A stretch of 64,000 nucleotides of DNA, taken from contig OZ024741.1 of NCBI GenBank assembly GCA_964016885.1, positions 111,166,001 through 111,230,000 on the forward strand, read 5' to 3'. The notes beneath the pieces are model-generated. The model did no database searches. It saw only the letters and a list, made by a program, of their open reading frames with translations, and had not been told where the DNA came from. This DNA comes from Eledone cirrhosa. Taxonomy: Eukaryota. Shown here piece after piece: positions 1 to 11,450 of the stretch. A program made the position numbers and the translations under genes. Every line of letters starts with the position of its first letter. The first letter of the stretch is position 1.

Positions 1-148
1 GGCCAGCAATTACCCAGTGCATTACTGGTACTTTATTTCATCGACCCCGTAAGGATGAAAGGCAAAGTCAACCTCGGCAGGATTTGAACTCCGATCGTAA
101 AGGGACGTAACTATGCTGGAAAGCATGGTGTCTGACCCTCTACCGATA
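1..148 (-). mobile_element. tRNA-derived SINE, family A (core gcctttcatccttacggggtcgataaaataaagtaccag)
   Basis: B-box-like gagttcaaatcc precedes the core. Related copies at about 11810-11988(-), 32660-32835(+), 33505-33640(+), 38770-38920(+), 40786-40945(+), 41905-42000(+), 43895-44080(+). Confidence 0.75.
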
Positions 149-247
149 ATATTAGTTTTATGGAAGATGAAGATTATTTGCCACCTCATAGCAATAGAAT
201 GTGTCTATATCCCATTACTCAAACTAATTTACAATTACATGGCTTTT

Positions 248-1771
248 GAGAGCTATACAAGCATGTATAAAGAAACAGTCAGTAAGGTTAGAATTAACAA
301 TGAATATAGTGAAGAATTTAGTGTAAAAGTTGGTGTTCATCAAGGCTCTGTCCTTAGCCCCCTCCTATTTATTATTGCCCTTCAGACCATAACAGAGGAG
401 TTTAAGAGCGGCTGCCCATGAGAACTCCTATACGCAGATGATCTAACTCTCATAGCTGAATCTATGCTGAACTAGAGAAAAAATTCCAAACATGGAAGCA
501 TGGCCTAGAATCAAAAGGCCTTAAAGTTAACTTGTCTAAGACTAAAGTTCTAGTTTGTAGAAAGGAAAATGGGGCACAGGTGCCCTCTGGGAAATGGTCA
601 TACTCAGTTTGTAGGAAAGGAGTAGGGAGAAATTCCATTTTATGTCCCAAATGCAAAGTATGGGTGCATAAAAGATGTAGTGGGATCACAGGTAAACTAT
701 CTAAGAATGTGCATTTTATATGTGGCCGATGCTCAGGTGCAATAAGTAGCAAGTGCCCACAGGATACTAGCTCCTTCTATTGCCCAGATGGTTCTATAGA
801 AATAGTGGACACTTTCCGTTACCTGGGTGACAAAATCAGCTTGGTGGAGGGTGCTCTGAAAGTACAGTAGCCAGAGTCAGAATGGGATGGAAAAAGTTCA
901 GAGAGCTTATACCACTGTTGGTCACAAAAGGTTTCTCTCTAAAAATGAAAGGCAGATTGTATGATGCCTGTATATGAACAGCAATGTTACATGGCAGTGG
1001 GACATGGACATTGTGTGCAGAGGACCTGCACAGAATGGAGAGGAACGAAGCATGCATGCTCCGTTGGATGTGTAATAGTAATATACGTGAACAGCAAAAC
1101 ATAAATGAACTAAGTGAGAAATTAGGAATAAGAGGGATCAGATGCTGTTTACTTGAGAGAAGACTACGTTGGTATGGTCAGGTGATGCGCATGAAAGACG
1201 ACAGCTGCATAAAAAAGTGCAGGGCAATCAAAATTGATGGAAGTTACGGAGTAGGTAGACCCAGAAAAACCTGGGACGATTTGATAAATTCCGACCTTAC
1301 ACACTTGCACCTCATTAAGACAATGTCACTGGACCGAGATCTTTGGCGCCACGCAGTAACACAGAAGACCCGCCTTGCCTATGTACAAAGCGAAACCTAC
1401 AGTCGGTAGGCAAATATACACCACAATCCGCTACCCCTAACCTATCCTGCCACTCCCACCAACACCACCCTCTCTCTGTAAAGTTGGTACCACAACATCC
1501 AGTCCAAATAAATGAGATAATGAGATCGAGATCGTGTAGGTGTCACGACAAAAAAAACACACAGTTCACGCTGTAATGTGGTCGTGTAGGTGACATGGTA
1601 AAAAGTTCCCAGTCGACACTGTAAATGTGGTTGGTGTTAGGAAGGGCATCCAGCCGTAGAAAACCCGCCAGATAGTCCTATATGAGCGAGACACGGTCAC
1701 CCGACCAACCTTGCCCCAAATTGGGACAACTCCCATCTAACCCATGCTAGCGTGGAAGATAGACGTTAAAC

Positions 1772-1800
<29 letters not shown>
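248..1800 (+). mobile_element. RTE-clade LINE, 5'-truncated and degenerate, with 3' UTR and (ATG)n tail
   Basis: RT fragments QGSVLSPLLF, YADD, YLG, then RRLRWYG and GRPRKTW; stops and frameshifts; tail gatgatgatg at 1772-1800. Confidence 0.92.
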
Positions 1801-1804
<4 letters not shown>

Positions 1805-1830
1805 TGCTAATAAATATATTTCTTTTGTAG

Positions 1831-1967
1831 ATCATAAATGGGGATATTTAAGCCTTTTACCAAACCTACTTAAGGACTATGGCTGGAATCCTGGCAAAAA
1901 AATTGATGAATGGTTTAGAAAAGTATTTTTAGAAAAAACTGGAAATCCAAACATTACATTCTGGGAG
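1831..1967 (+). CDS. patatin-like phospholipase exon A, (D)HKWGYLSLLPNLLKDYGWNPGKKIDEWFRKVFLEKTGNPNITFWE
   Basis: Acceptor tcttttgtag (1821-1830), donor GAG|gtaagt; starts phase 1, ends phase 0. Confidence 0.9.
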
Positions 1968-2629
1968 GTAAGTATTTTCTAACTTCCTGATTGATTATTA
2001 GGTGAGAAAAAGATGTTATTATCCATTTGTCAATGTCACCACTATTGTCATCATAGCTTCTACTGCTGATATCATTGTTGAAAATGTAGTCATTCTTCGT
2101 GCATTTTGATCTTGTGTCATTTCATCTGTGAGATGTCATTGTTTTTGGTGTCATTTCATCAGTGAGATCTAGTTTGCTCAATTAGTGGGAAATTGTAATG
2201 ATGGTTATGTTCTTTTTCTGTTAGATAAATTGAAGTAGAACATCATTTTGTAAAATAAGTCTTATATTTCAAGCAACATTATATATTGTTCATAAATAGA
2301 CAAGAAGATATGAATTAGATGAACAGAATATTGTTTCAGATCAAATATTTTACTTTTCCTCAAACTGTCTCACACATACTCTATTAGAAGTTTCAGTCTC
2401 TCTCTCCATCTTTTATTTGCTCTTATACTCCAGGGTCAGATTAATGTCTGAATTATTCATTTATGGATTATTCGGTGATAGATTTGAATCTCTGTGCTAA
2501 ATGTTGTAGAAATGTCAACATTGTTTCAAACAGTCAAATGTTCATGCTTATTACAAAGATAAATATTAAATGTTTTTATCTTAATCGTGGTTAAATCAAA
2601 CTTAAATGTTTCTTTTTTTCTTTTCCAAG

Positions 2630-2864
2630 ATATACAAACATTATGGTCGTGAATTATGTGTTATTGTAACTAACGTTAATCACATGGCTGTTGAGTATTG
2701 TCACCCAAAGACCACTCCACATATGCCAGTACGCCTGGCTGTACGTATGTCAATGTCCATCCCTGGGATATTCAGTCCACCATGCTATTCCGTTAATAAT
2801 GGAGCAAAGAAGCATTATGTAGATGGGGGACTTCTATGTAATTACCCAATCCATTGTTTTGATG
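2630..2864 (+). CDS. patatin-like phospholipase exon B with catalytic DGG motif
   Basis: Acceptor ttttccaag, donor G|gtaagt; encodes IYKHYGRELCVIVTN...AVRMSMSIPGIFSP...YVDGGLLCNYPIHCFD. Confidence 0.93.
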
Positions 2865-3794
2865 GTAAGTTCCATATTTGAATATGTTGATGAAAATCAC
2901 AATTTTACAATAATATCGTATTGCTTATTCTTTTCTTGTCATTGGATCCATGGCCATTGTATAGGCAAACTAATCCTTGTTATATTCACAAACAAATAAA
3001 GTGTTCAATGCTTTTTAAACAATAGAGTTATAAATATATATATATATATATATATAGTTATGTAATAAACAACATAAGGCAATTATTCCATTTACCAGTG
3101 GTTTTTTAAAAGCAAAAAATTTTGCTTTCAGTCATCAGAATGAAAAAATCCTGGTCTATTTATTGAATTGGATTCTTAAAAAACTAAAATGCAGTCTATA
3201 TGTGAGGCTGGAGAAGGAAGAAGGAAAGGAAAAATAAAATAAAAACACACATGCAAACACACACACACACACGATTATATACATCCACACATATATATAA
3301 AAATATATATATATATATATATACATACACACATACATACACACACACATATACACATATATATGTATATACATATATACATACACATGGTGGCTGCCAA
3401 CTCGTTTGCGAGTACGGCCACTACTTTATAACCATGTAGGAGAACCCCTACCGATGCGCTGAACGAGTGTGACTTTTTAGTCCAGCCAGTAACTTGAAAA
3501 CTCTGGTACAAACACTACACCTGTGACAATTATTGACACATAGTGCTGGGCCCATGGTACCATGTGACGACAAGTGCAGAGAGATCTCCAGATATAAAGC
3601 AATGCCTGTGCCGTGGAGCTTTTATAGTGAGCAAAGGCACTGCACAAAGCCAGTCCCACTCTCTTAACCAAGATGATATTTACCAAAAAGAAGAACAAGT
3701 CAACATCATTGGATACCATCAGAGTTGCAGGTGTTATATCAGAGTTTTCCTTCTCCTAGAATTCTGCCTTGACAAAGGCTAAGGGGTCATCTCT

Positions 3795-4351
3795 CCCATA
3801 CACATACATACACACATACATACATACACACATAAATATCAACATATCCATACATACACATACATATATACAACCACACATATATATACACATATATATA
3901 TATAGAAATAGAAATATATATATATATATGCATACGCATTCACATACACAGCCATACACACATACATATACATACATACATACATACACACAATCATACG
4001 TATATACACACGTACATACAAACACATACATACACACATATGTACATGCATACATATGTATGCTCAATATTAGAAAAATATACACACACCTCTACATATT
4101 CACACACGCAAATAAATATAAGAAAAAAATATATATAAAAAATAATAAAGACAAAAGTTGACAGCGATACAGGCAACAAATAAATGAAAAAACACACGTG
4201 GTAAGCAATACACACAAATGCACGTACACATACATACGTAAAAATAAATACATACACACACTCTCACACATAAATATGCATATACAAATACATAAACACA
4301 TACATACACAAATACACACACACACACACATACACATATACACACACATAT

Positions 4352-4384
<33 letters not shown>

Positions 4385-4598
4385 CACATACATATATACA
4401 TACATACATACACATACACATACATACATACACATACACACACATACATACATAGCCATACAATTATACACATACAAATACGTACATATCACAAACACGC
4501 ACAACCAAATACACACAGACACATATATATATATATATGTGTGTGTGTAAAACTCATTCTTAGATAATACATATGAACCTTATTTAACTCTAAAATAT

Positions 4599-4646
<48 letters not shown>

Positions 4647-4727
4647 ACATACATACTTACTAACACACATATATACCTACACACACATATATACATACAC
4701 ACACATATATACATACACATATGTATG

Positions 4728-4775
<48 letters not shown>

Positions 4776-4892
4776 TATACATATATAACTCAATATATAT
4801 ATATATATATATATGAGAAAGAACAAAAATAATATAAAATATATATAAAAATTTGACAAGTAATAAATAAAAATATATATATATATATATAT
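3795..4892. repeat. compound (CA)n/(TA)n/(CATA)n microsatellite tract
   Basis: Seen directly; source of many spurious Y/I/H/T/C/V/M-rich ORFs. Confidence 0.95.
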
Positions 4893-4996
4893 AAGAATTA
4901 AAATACTAGAGTGTGTTGGAGTTAAACACCCTCTTCATATTATAGAAATGACAGTATAAGATATAGCTCAATGTAATAAAACAGAGCCGAAGAATT

Positions 4997-5177
4997 ATAA
5001 AAAAATAAACCAAAGGAGCCTTCAATACATCAAAAGTCTTTATTAGCCAACAATGTTTTGTCCTATTAAGTGCTTCTTGTAGCTTTACTTGCCCTGATGA
5101 GTCCTTAATAGGACGAAACATTGTTGGCTAATAAAGACTTTTGATGTATTGAAGGCTTCTTTGGTTTATTTTTTTAT
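4997..5177. repeat. inverted repeat, about 74-bp arms (4997-5070 / 5104-5177)
   Basis: aaaccaaaggagccttcaatacatcaaaagtctttattagccaacaatg is the reverse complement of cattgttggctaataaagacttttgatgtattgaaggcttctttggttt (one mismatch). Confidence 0.9.
5091..5128 (+). ncRNA. minimal type-I hammerhead ribozyme motif
   Basis: GCC-CTGATGA-GTCCT taat AGGAC-GAAA-C att G-TT-GGC: intact core, 5-bp stem II, stem I GCC/GGC, GUU triplet, followed by AATAAA. Confidence 0.8.
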
Positions 5178-5416
5178 ATATTTAGAAAAGGGTATAAATG
5201 CCCATAGCAGACCTAGAGCACTCAACAAGTTCATGGAGCAAAAGATCAATAAAAATATTCATCAAATCACTATATATAATGATGCACATACATACACCCT
5301 AATACAATTATACATATACACACACACACACACAAAAATATATACATACACACACACACACACACAAAAAAAACCCAACCACAGAAATACAAACACACAT
5401 ACAAAAACGTATATAT

Positions 5417-5461
<45 letters not shown>

Positions 5462-6021
5462 TAGGAAGAAGCCTGACCCTACGGCAGAGCTCAAGCCTTT
5501 TCTGAGGCTATATATATATATATATATATAGTCATGTAATAAACAACATAAGGCAATTATTCCATTTACCAGTGGTTTCTTAAAAGCCAAAAAATTTGCC
5601 TTCAATCATCAGAATGAAAAAATCCTGGTCTATCCATATATATACACATACACACACATATACATACACATACACATACATACACATACATTATGGTATG
5701 TGAAGGGTAAGGCAAAAAAATAGGGGGAAAAGGTTAAATATAAGGGGAGATAAGGGAGAAAGAGAATACAAGAGTACAGAACGTGGATTCAGCAGGTAAA
5801 AAAACTGTAGTAGGAGTAAAGAGCAGAGAAGGATATATATATATGTAAAAGGTAAACAGAAATAACAACACATATATGTATATATATAACAAATTTAATA
5901 TAGAAATGGCTTCGACAGGACTAGAACTAGAACTATTAAATTTGTTGTATACATTCTACTAATGTATTGAGTACCTTACTTACTGTGGTTACCCCGATAT
6001 TGTGTAACACGGGACTCACAT

Positions 6022-6685
6022 ATCATCATCATCATCGTTTAACGTCCATGTTCCACGCTTGCATGGGTTTGGACGGGAGTTTTCCCACTTGAGGCAAGAG
6101 TGGTTGTCTTGCTCGCATAGGACTGTCTGGCGGGTTTTCTACGGCTGGATCCCCTTCCTAACACCAACCACATTTACAGTGTGGGGCTGGGAGGTTTTTA
6201 CCGTGTTGCCTACACGGCCACATTACAGCGTGGACTGTGTGTTTTTTTGTCGTGACACTTACACGATCTCATTTGTTTCGGCCTGGATGTTGTGGCACCA
6301 ACATAGCTTTACAATGAAAGGGGCGGTGTGGATGGGGTGGAGGTGGTGTGACGGGGCGTATTTTGTTAGAGATGCCTACTGACTGTAGTAGGTTTACTTT
6401 GTATTTAGGCAAGGCGGGTCTTCTCTATTACTGAATACCGCCAGAGATCTCGGTCCAGTGACATTGTCTTGGAGAGGTGTAAGTGTGTGAGGTCGGAATT
6501 TATCAGGTCGTCCCAGGTTTTTCTGGGTCTGCCTACTCCGTGGCTACCGTCTATCTTTATTGCCCTGCACTTTTTTATACAGCTGTCGTCTTTCATGCGC
6601 ATCACGTGACCATACCAACGTAGCCTTCTCTCGAGTAAACAACATCTGATCTCTCTTATTTCTAATTTTTCCCTTAGTTCGTTTA
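6022..6685 (-). mobile_element. RTE LINE 3' fragment (ORF end, 3' UTR, (ATG)n tail)
   Basis: MRMKDDSCIKKCRAIKIDGSHGVGRPRKTWDD matches the copy at 248-1800. Confidence 0.9.
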
Positions 6686-7200
6686 TATATATATATATTT
6701 ATATATCATACTTAAACGAAGCTGTTGAATAGGACCAATACACCTTCAGTCCTTTTCCCATTCACTGAGTAATTTAATTTAGTCAGTATCATTAAGACAC
6801 CAACCCAAGGAAATTAGAGTGGACACTTATACATTAAACAGTGAGAAAAACGATTTTGGGTGCGTAGAAAATTTGATTTTCCTGCCCTGGACCAATGCAT
6901 TAGTTTCTGTGACTACATCTGTTAACAGCAGTCCAAATGGAACTACTGTGTACAGAAATTACGTAATGTTATTAAGCATTACATAATTAACTATGAAGTT
7001 GCGTCATTAGACCCTCTGAAACAAGTCAGCTATCAAAACACTACTCTGATGTACCTCGGCCATTGCTGTAGTAAACTCGACTTTCAGTGTCACGTCATTT
7101 GACACCGAACAGGAGGTAAGCTAGTTCTGACTATTCACAGAGGACTGACTGGCATATGTTCAAATTGAAAAAATGAAAACGGTTCATGAAGCACTCAACC

Positions 7201-7335
7201 AGAGGGGGTGCTAAAAGGTTCCTGGCTTTGGATAAAAGAAAATACAGGAAGATCAGTTAATTATGATTTTATTCAACATATTCCCCTCTCAGATTCACAC
7301 ACTTATTGCAGTGGTCCTTCAGTTTTTCAAAGCCA
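7201..7335 (-). mobile_element. mariner 3'-end fragment
   Basis: TIR-like gagggggtgctaaaaggttcctggc; the minus strand encodes the typical mariner C-terminus RGEYVE*. Confidence 0.6.
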
Positions 7336-7556
7336 TATAAAAAGAATTCTATATATATATATAAAAGAACTATATATATATACATATATAAAGAAAGCAT
7401 TTGTGATTAGAAAATGTGAGTGGAACTGAAAATTTGAATTAGAAGATTTTGCCATAAATTCGACTAAATAAAATGATCTAATTACAACGGGCTTTTTCTG
7501 TTCAATGGGTTTATATGCCCCATTATTATTAGACTATGAGACTATTTATTTAGTGT

Positions 7557-9607
7557 GTGTATTTTTGTTAGAGGTGCCTACTGACTGTAGATTTCGTTTT
7601 GTACTTAGGCAAGGTGGGTCTTCTGTATTACTGTGTAGCGCCAAAGATCTCGGTCCAGTGACATTGTCTTGGAGCGGTGTAAGTGTGTGAGGTCGGAATT
7701 TATCAAGTCGTCCCAGGTTTTTCTGGGTCTGCCTACACCGTGGCTACCGTCTATTTTTATCGCCCTGCACTTTTTTATACAGCTGTTGTTTTTCATGCAC
7801 ATCACGTGACCATACCAACGTAGTCTTCTCTCGAGTAAACATCTGATTCCTCTTATTCCTAATTTCTCCCTTAGTTCATTTGTTTTGCCATTCACGTATA
7901 TTACTATTACACATCCAACGGAGCATGCAAGCTTCATTCCTCTCCAGTCTGCGTATATCCTCTGCACACAATGCCCAAGTCTCACTGCCATGTAACATTG
8001 TTGTTCATATGCAGGCATCATACAGCCTGCTTTTCATTTTTAGAGAGAACCCTTTAGCGGCCAATAGTGGTATAATCTCTCTGAACTTTTTCCATCCCGT
8101 TCTGACTCTAGTTACTGTACTTTCAGAGCACCCTCCACCACTGCTGATTTTGTCACCCAGGTAACGGAAGGTGTCCACTATTTCTATAGAACCATCTGTG
8201 CAATGGAATGAGCTAGTATTCTGTGGGCACTTGCTGCTACTTATTGCACCTGAGCACCGGCCACATATAAAATCTATATTCTTAGTTAGCTTACCTGTGA
8301 TCCCACTACATCTTTTATGCACCCATACTTTGCATTTGGGACATAAAATGGAGTTTCTGCCTACTCCTTTCCTACACACTGAGCATGGCCATTTCCCAGA
8401 TGGGACCAGTGCCCTATTTTCCTTCCTACAAACTAGAATTTTAGTCTTAGACAGGTTAATTTTAAGGCCTTTTGATTCTAGGCCATGCTTCCATGTTTGG
8501 AATTTCTTCTCTAGTTCAGCCATTGATTCAGCTATGAGCGTTAGATCATCTGCGTATAGAAGTTCCCATGGGCAGCCGGTCTTGAACTCCTCTGTTATAG
8601 CCTGAAGGGCAATAATAAATAGTAGGGGGTTAAGGACGGAGCCCTGATGAATACCAACTTTTACGCTAAACTCTTCACTATATTCGTTGTTAATTCTAAC
8701 CTTGCTGACTGTTTCTTTATACATGGCTTGTATAGCTCTCACAAGCCATTCATCAACACCTAGTTTTCTAAGGGCCCACCAGATAATCGAGTGGGGTACT
8801 CTGTCAAAGGCTTTCTCCAAGTCAACAAAAGCTAAGTATAGGGGTTTACTTTTAGCTAGGTACTTCTCCTGTAATTGTCGTACAATGAAAAGAGCGTCTG
8901 TGGTACTTTTACCTGACACAAACCCGAACTGCATTTCATCTAGATCAATTTGCTCTCTGATTAGTTGCGCTATAACTCTTTCTGTGACCTTCATGACCTG
9001 GTCAATTAATTTAATGCCTCTATAGTTTCCCCTATCTAGGGCATCTCCTTTACCCTTGTAGCAGTTAATGATGATGCTGCTGCGCCAGTATTTCGGAACG
9101 ACCCCATTCTGTATGACTTGGTTTACTATCCGGGTGCCCATAGTGTGTCCCACTGTTCCAGATGCCTTCAGCATCTCAGCAACTATTTCCGAAGGCCCAG
9201 CCACCTTGCCCGTCTTCATGTCGTTGATCGCCTTACTTTTTATACTACCTTCAACTTGCACTGCTGGTCCCTCTATTGGGTCGATGTGGGGGAGACTGTC
9301 TTTCTCCCAATTATTCTCCTCATTTAGTAGCCTTTCGTAGTGACACTTCCAAGCTACCTTCTTATCAGCGTCAGTGATGGCAAGTACACCATCATCATTA
9401 AGGACATACTTCTCCCCGACAATATCACGATTTTCCTTGACACATTGCCTAGCAATCCTGAACACCTCACGTTTTTGGTCCTCGCATTGTAGAACATGCT
9501 TGAACTTTCTTTCCTCTGCTTCCCTTCTTGCGAAGTACACATGTCTCCTAGCTTCCCTCCTGGCCACTTGATAGTCTTCTCTACTTCCCTCATCCCGCCA
9601 TGCTTTA
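7557..9607 (-). mobile_element. RTE-clade LINE with a 520-aa open RT region (8005-9567); endonuclease and distal 3' UTR missing
   Basis: Motifs KGKGD..NYRGIKL, QFGF, FVDLEKAFDRV, QGSVLNPLLF, LYADD, YLG; PHD-type finger at 8254-8385. Confidence 0.95.
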
Positions 9608-9984
9608 AATATATATATAACCCATGCTAACGTGGAAGATGGATGTTAAACGATGATGATGATATATATATCTAACAATAGCAGACACAGTATAAATAAA
9701 GGAAGATCCGAGGTTGGGGAGGGGGATTTAATTGAGGAGGGGTGATTAAGATAGGATGGTGGTGGCAGCGGGGGAGGATAGAGCTGTGAGAAAAAGAAGA
9801 TAATGGGTGATAATGGACATATCCATAACATTTTAACAGGTCAGTGGGAGGTAGGTGATGAATGTGGAGGTGGGTGTGTAGGATGTGGGGTAGTGAAGAG
9901 GTTGGTGGGATTGACAGGATAAAATGGTGGATGAAATATACATATTACACATGTACATAAATATGCATACATACACACAAAGTA

Positions 9985-10369
9985 AATACAAAGTAAAACC
10001 TACTACAGTCAGTAGGCATCTCTAACAAAATACACCCCCGTCCCACCACCCCATCCACACCGCCCCTTTCAATGTAAAGTTATGTTGGTGCCACAACATC
10101 CAGGTTGAAACAAATGAGATTGTGTAGGTGTCACGACAAAAAAACACACAGTCCACGCTGTAATGTGGCCGTGTAGACAATACGGTAAAAACCTCCCAGC
10201 CCCACACTGTAAATGTGGTTGGTGTTAGGAAGGGCATCCAGCTGTAGAAAACCCGCCAGACAGTCCTATGCGAGCAAGACAACCACTCCTTGCCTCAAGT
10301 GGGAAAACTCCCGTCCGAACCCATGCAAGCACGGAACATGGACGTTAAACAATGATGATGATGATGATG
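9985..10369 (+). mobile_element. RTE 3' UTR fragment with (ATG)n tail
   Basis: Near-identical to the reverse complement of 6022-6400 and of 37363-37750. Confidence 0.85.
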
Positions 10370-10634
10370 ACACACAAACATATAAACACATCATACACAT
10401 TAAATCCACTTATGCAGGTGGTTACATAATGTAAATAAATATATATGATGATGATATGTACACACACTCCCTATATTTGTAAAAGACATACAAGGAAATA
10501 TATTTTAAAACATTTTTAAGTTATCAAACAATATAAAAGTTATAAAAGATTTTAAAAAGAAATATATATATATACACATACATATGTATGCACATGTAAC
10601 CTAAACATGCATATATTCATATACAGGCACACAC

Positions 10635-10679
<45 letters not shown>

Positions 10680-10843
10680 TATACACATACACATGAACGC
10701 CCGTATACCCATACAAACACGTACATATATACACATAAAAATACATGCAAATATGTAAATAAATACATGCCCACACACAGGCATGCGTATATACTTACAG
10801 ATATGATTATAAATATACAAGTTCCAATTCATACATATATGCA

Positions 10844-11170
10844 TATGGCTTAGTGGTTAGAGCATTGGCCTTGCAATTGAAAGGTTGTGAGTTCAATTCT
10901 CAGACCGGGTGATGTGTTGTTTCCTTGAGCAAGACACTTTATTTCACATTGCTCCAGTTTACTCAGCTGTAGAAATGAGATGATAGGGACTGGGGTCCAT
11001 ATCATTCCACTGCAAAGTGGTCGTGGAGGTGCCACGGCAAAAAAGCACCCAGCACTCACTGTAAATGAGGTTGGTGTTAGGAAGGGCATCCAGCTGTAGA
11101 AATCCAGCCAGAATCAGTTCCCGTCCCACCCTTGCAAGCAGGGAAAAAGTGGACGTAAAATGAAATGATG
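10844..11170 (+). mobile_element. tRNA-derived SINE, family B (CORE-like ccttgagcaagacacttt), with RTE-derived tail
   Basis: A-box tggcttagtggtt and B-box gagttcaattc; 3' part shares ggtgttaggaagggcatccagctgtagaaa with the RTE 3' UTR. Further copies at 37024-37353(+) and a head at 20886-21003(+). Confidence 0.8.
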
Positions 11171-11450
11171 CAAGGGTCAGATGGGTGTATGGGTATTGTG
11201 GTGATAGTGATGGTAACGGTGGTGGTGTTGGTGTAGTGGGAATGAGTAAAGAATATGAAGTGATGTAGTTTAAAAATTAAAGGATTAAAGAATTAAGTAT
11301 GGTGAATCTTATGGGAATATATAATTATAGAAGCTGTGATGTGTGAATGAGTGAGTGGTGGAAAAGTGGTATTGATGTTAAGTAAATATGTGAAATATAT
11401 AAGATATATGAATATAACTTATGGAGATATAACTATGATGAAGGTTATAG

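Noticed and set aside
3390-3795. GC-richer segment resembling a LINE 5' UTR, possibly with an HDV-like ribozyme
   Set aside because: I could not assemble the nested double pseudoknot by eye; it needs a structure-based search.
3156-5605. Many Y/I/H/T/C/V/M-rich ORFs here and at 34900-38657, 48759-49279 and 61614-62045
   Set aside because: Artefacts of (TA)n/(CA)n microsatellites.
10844-10915. tRNA gene (also 20886, 37024, 43900)
   Set aside because: A and B boxes are present but I could not build a full cloverleaf, and each runs into a SINE body.
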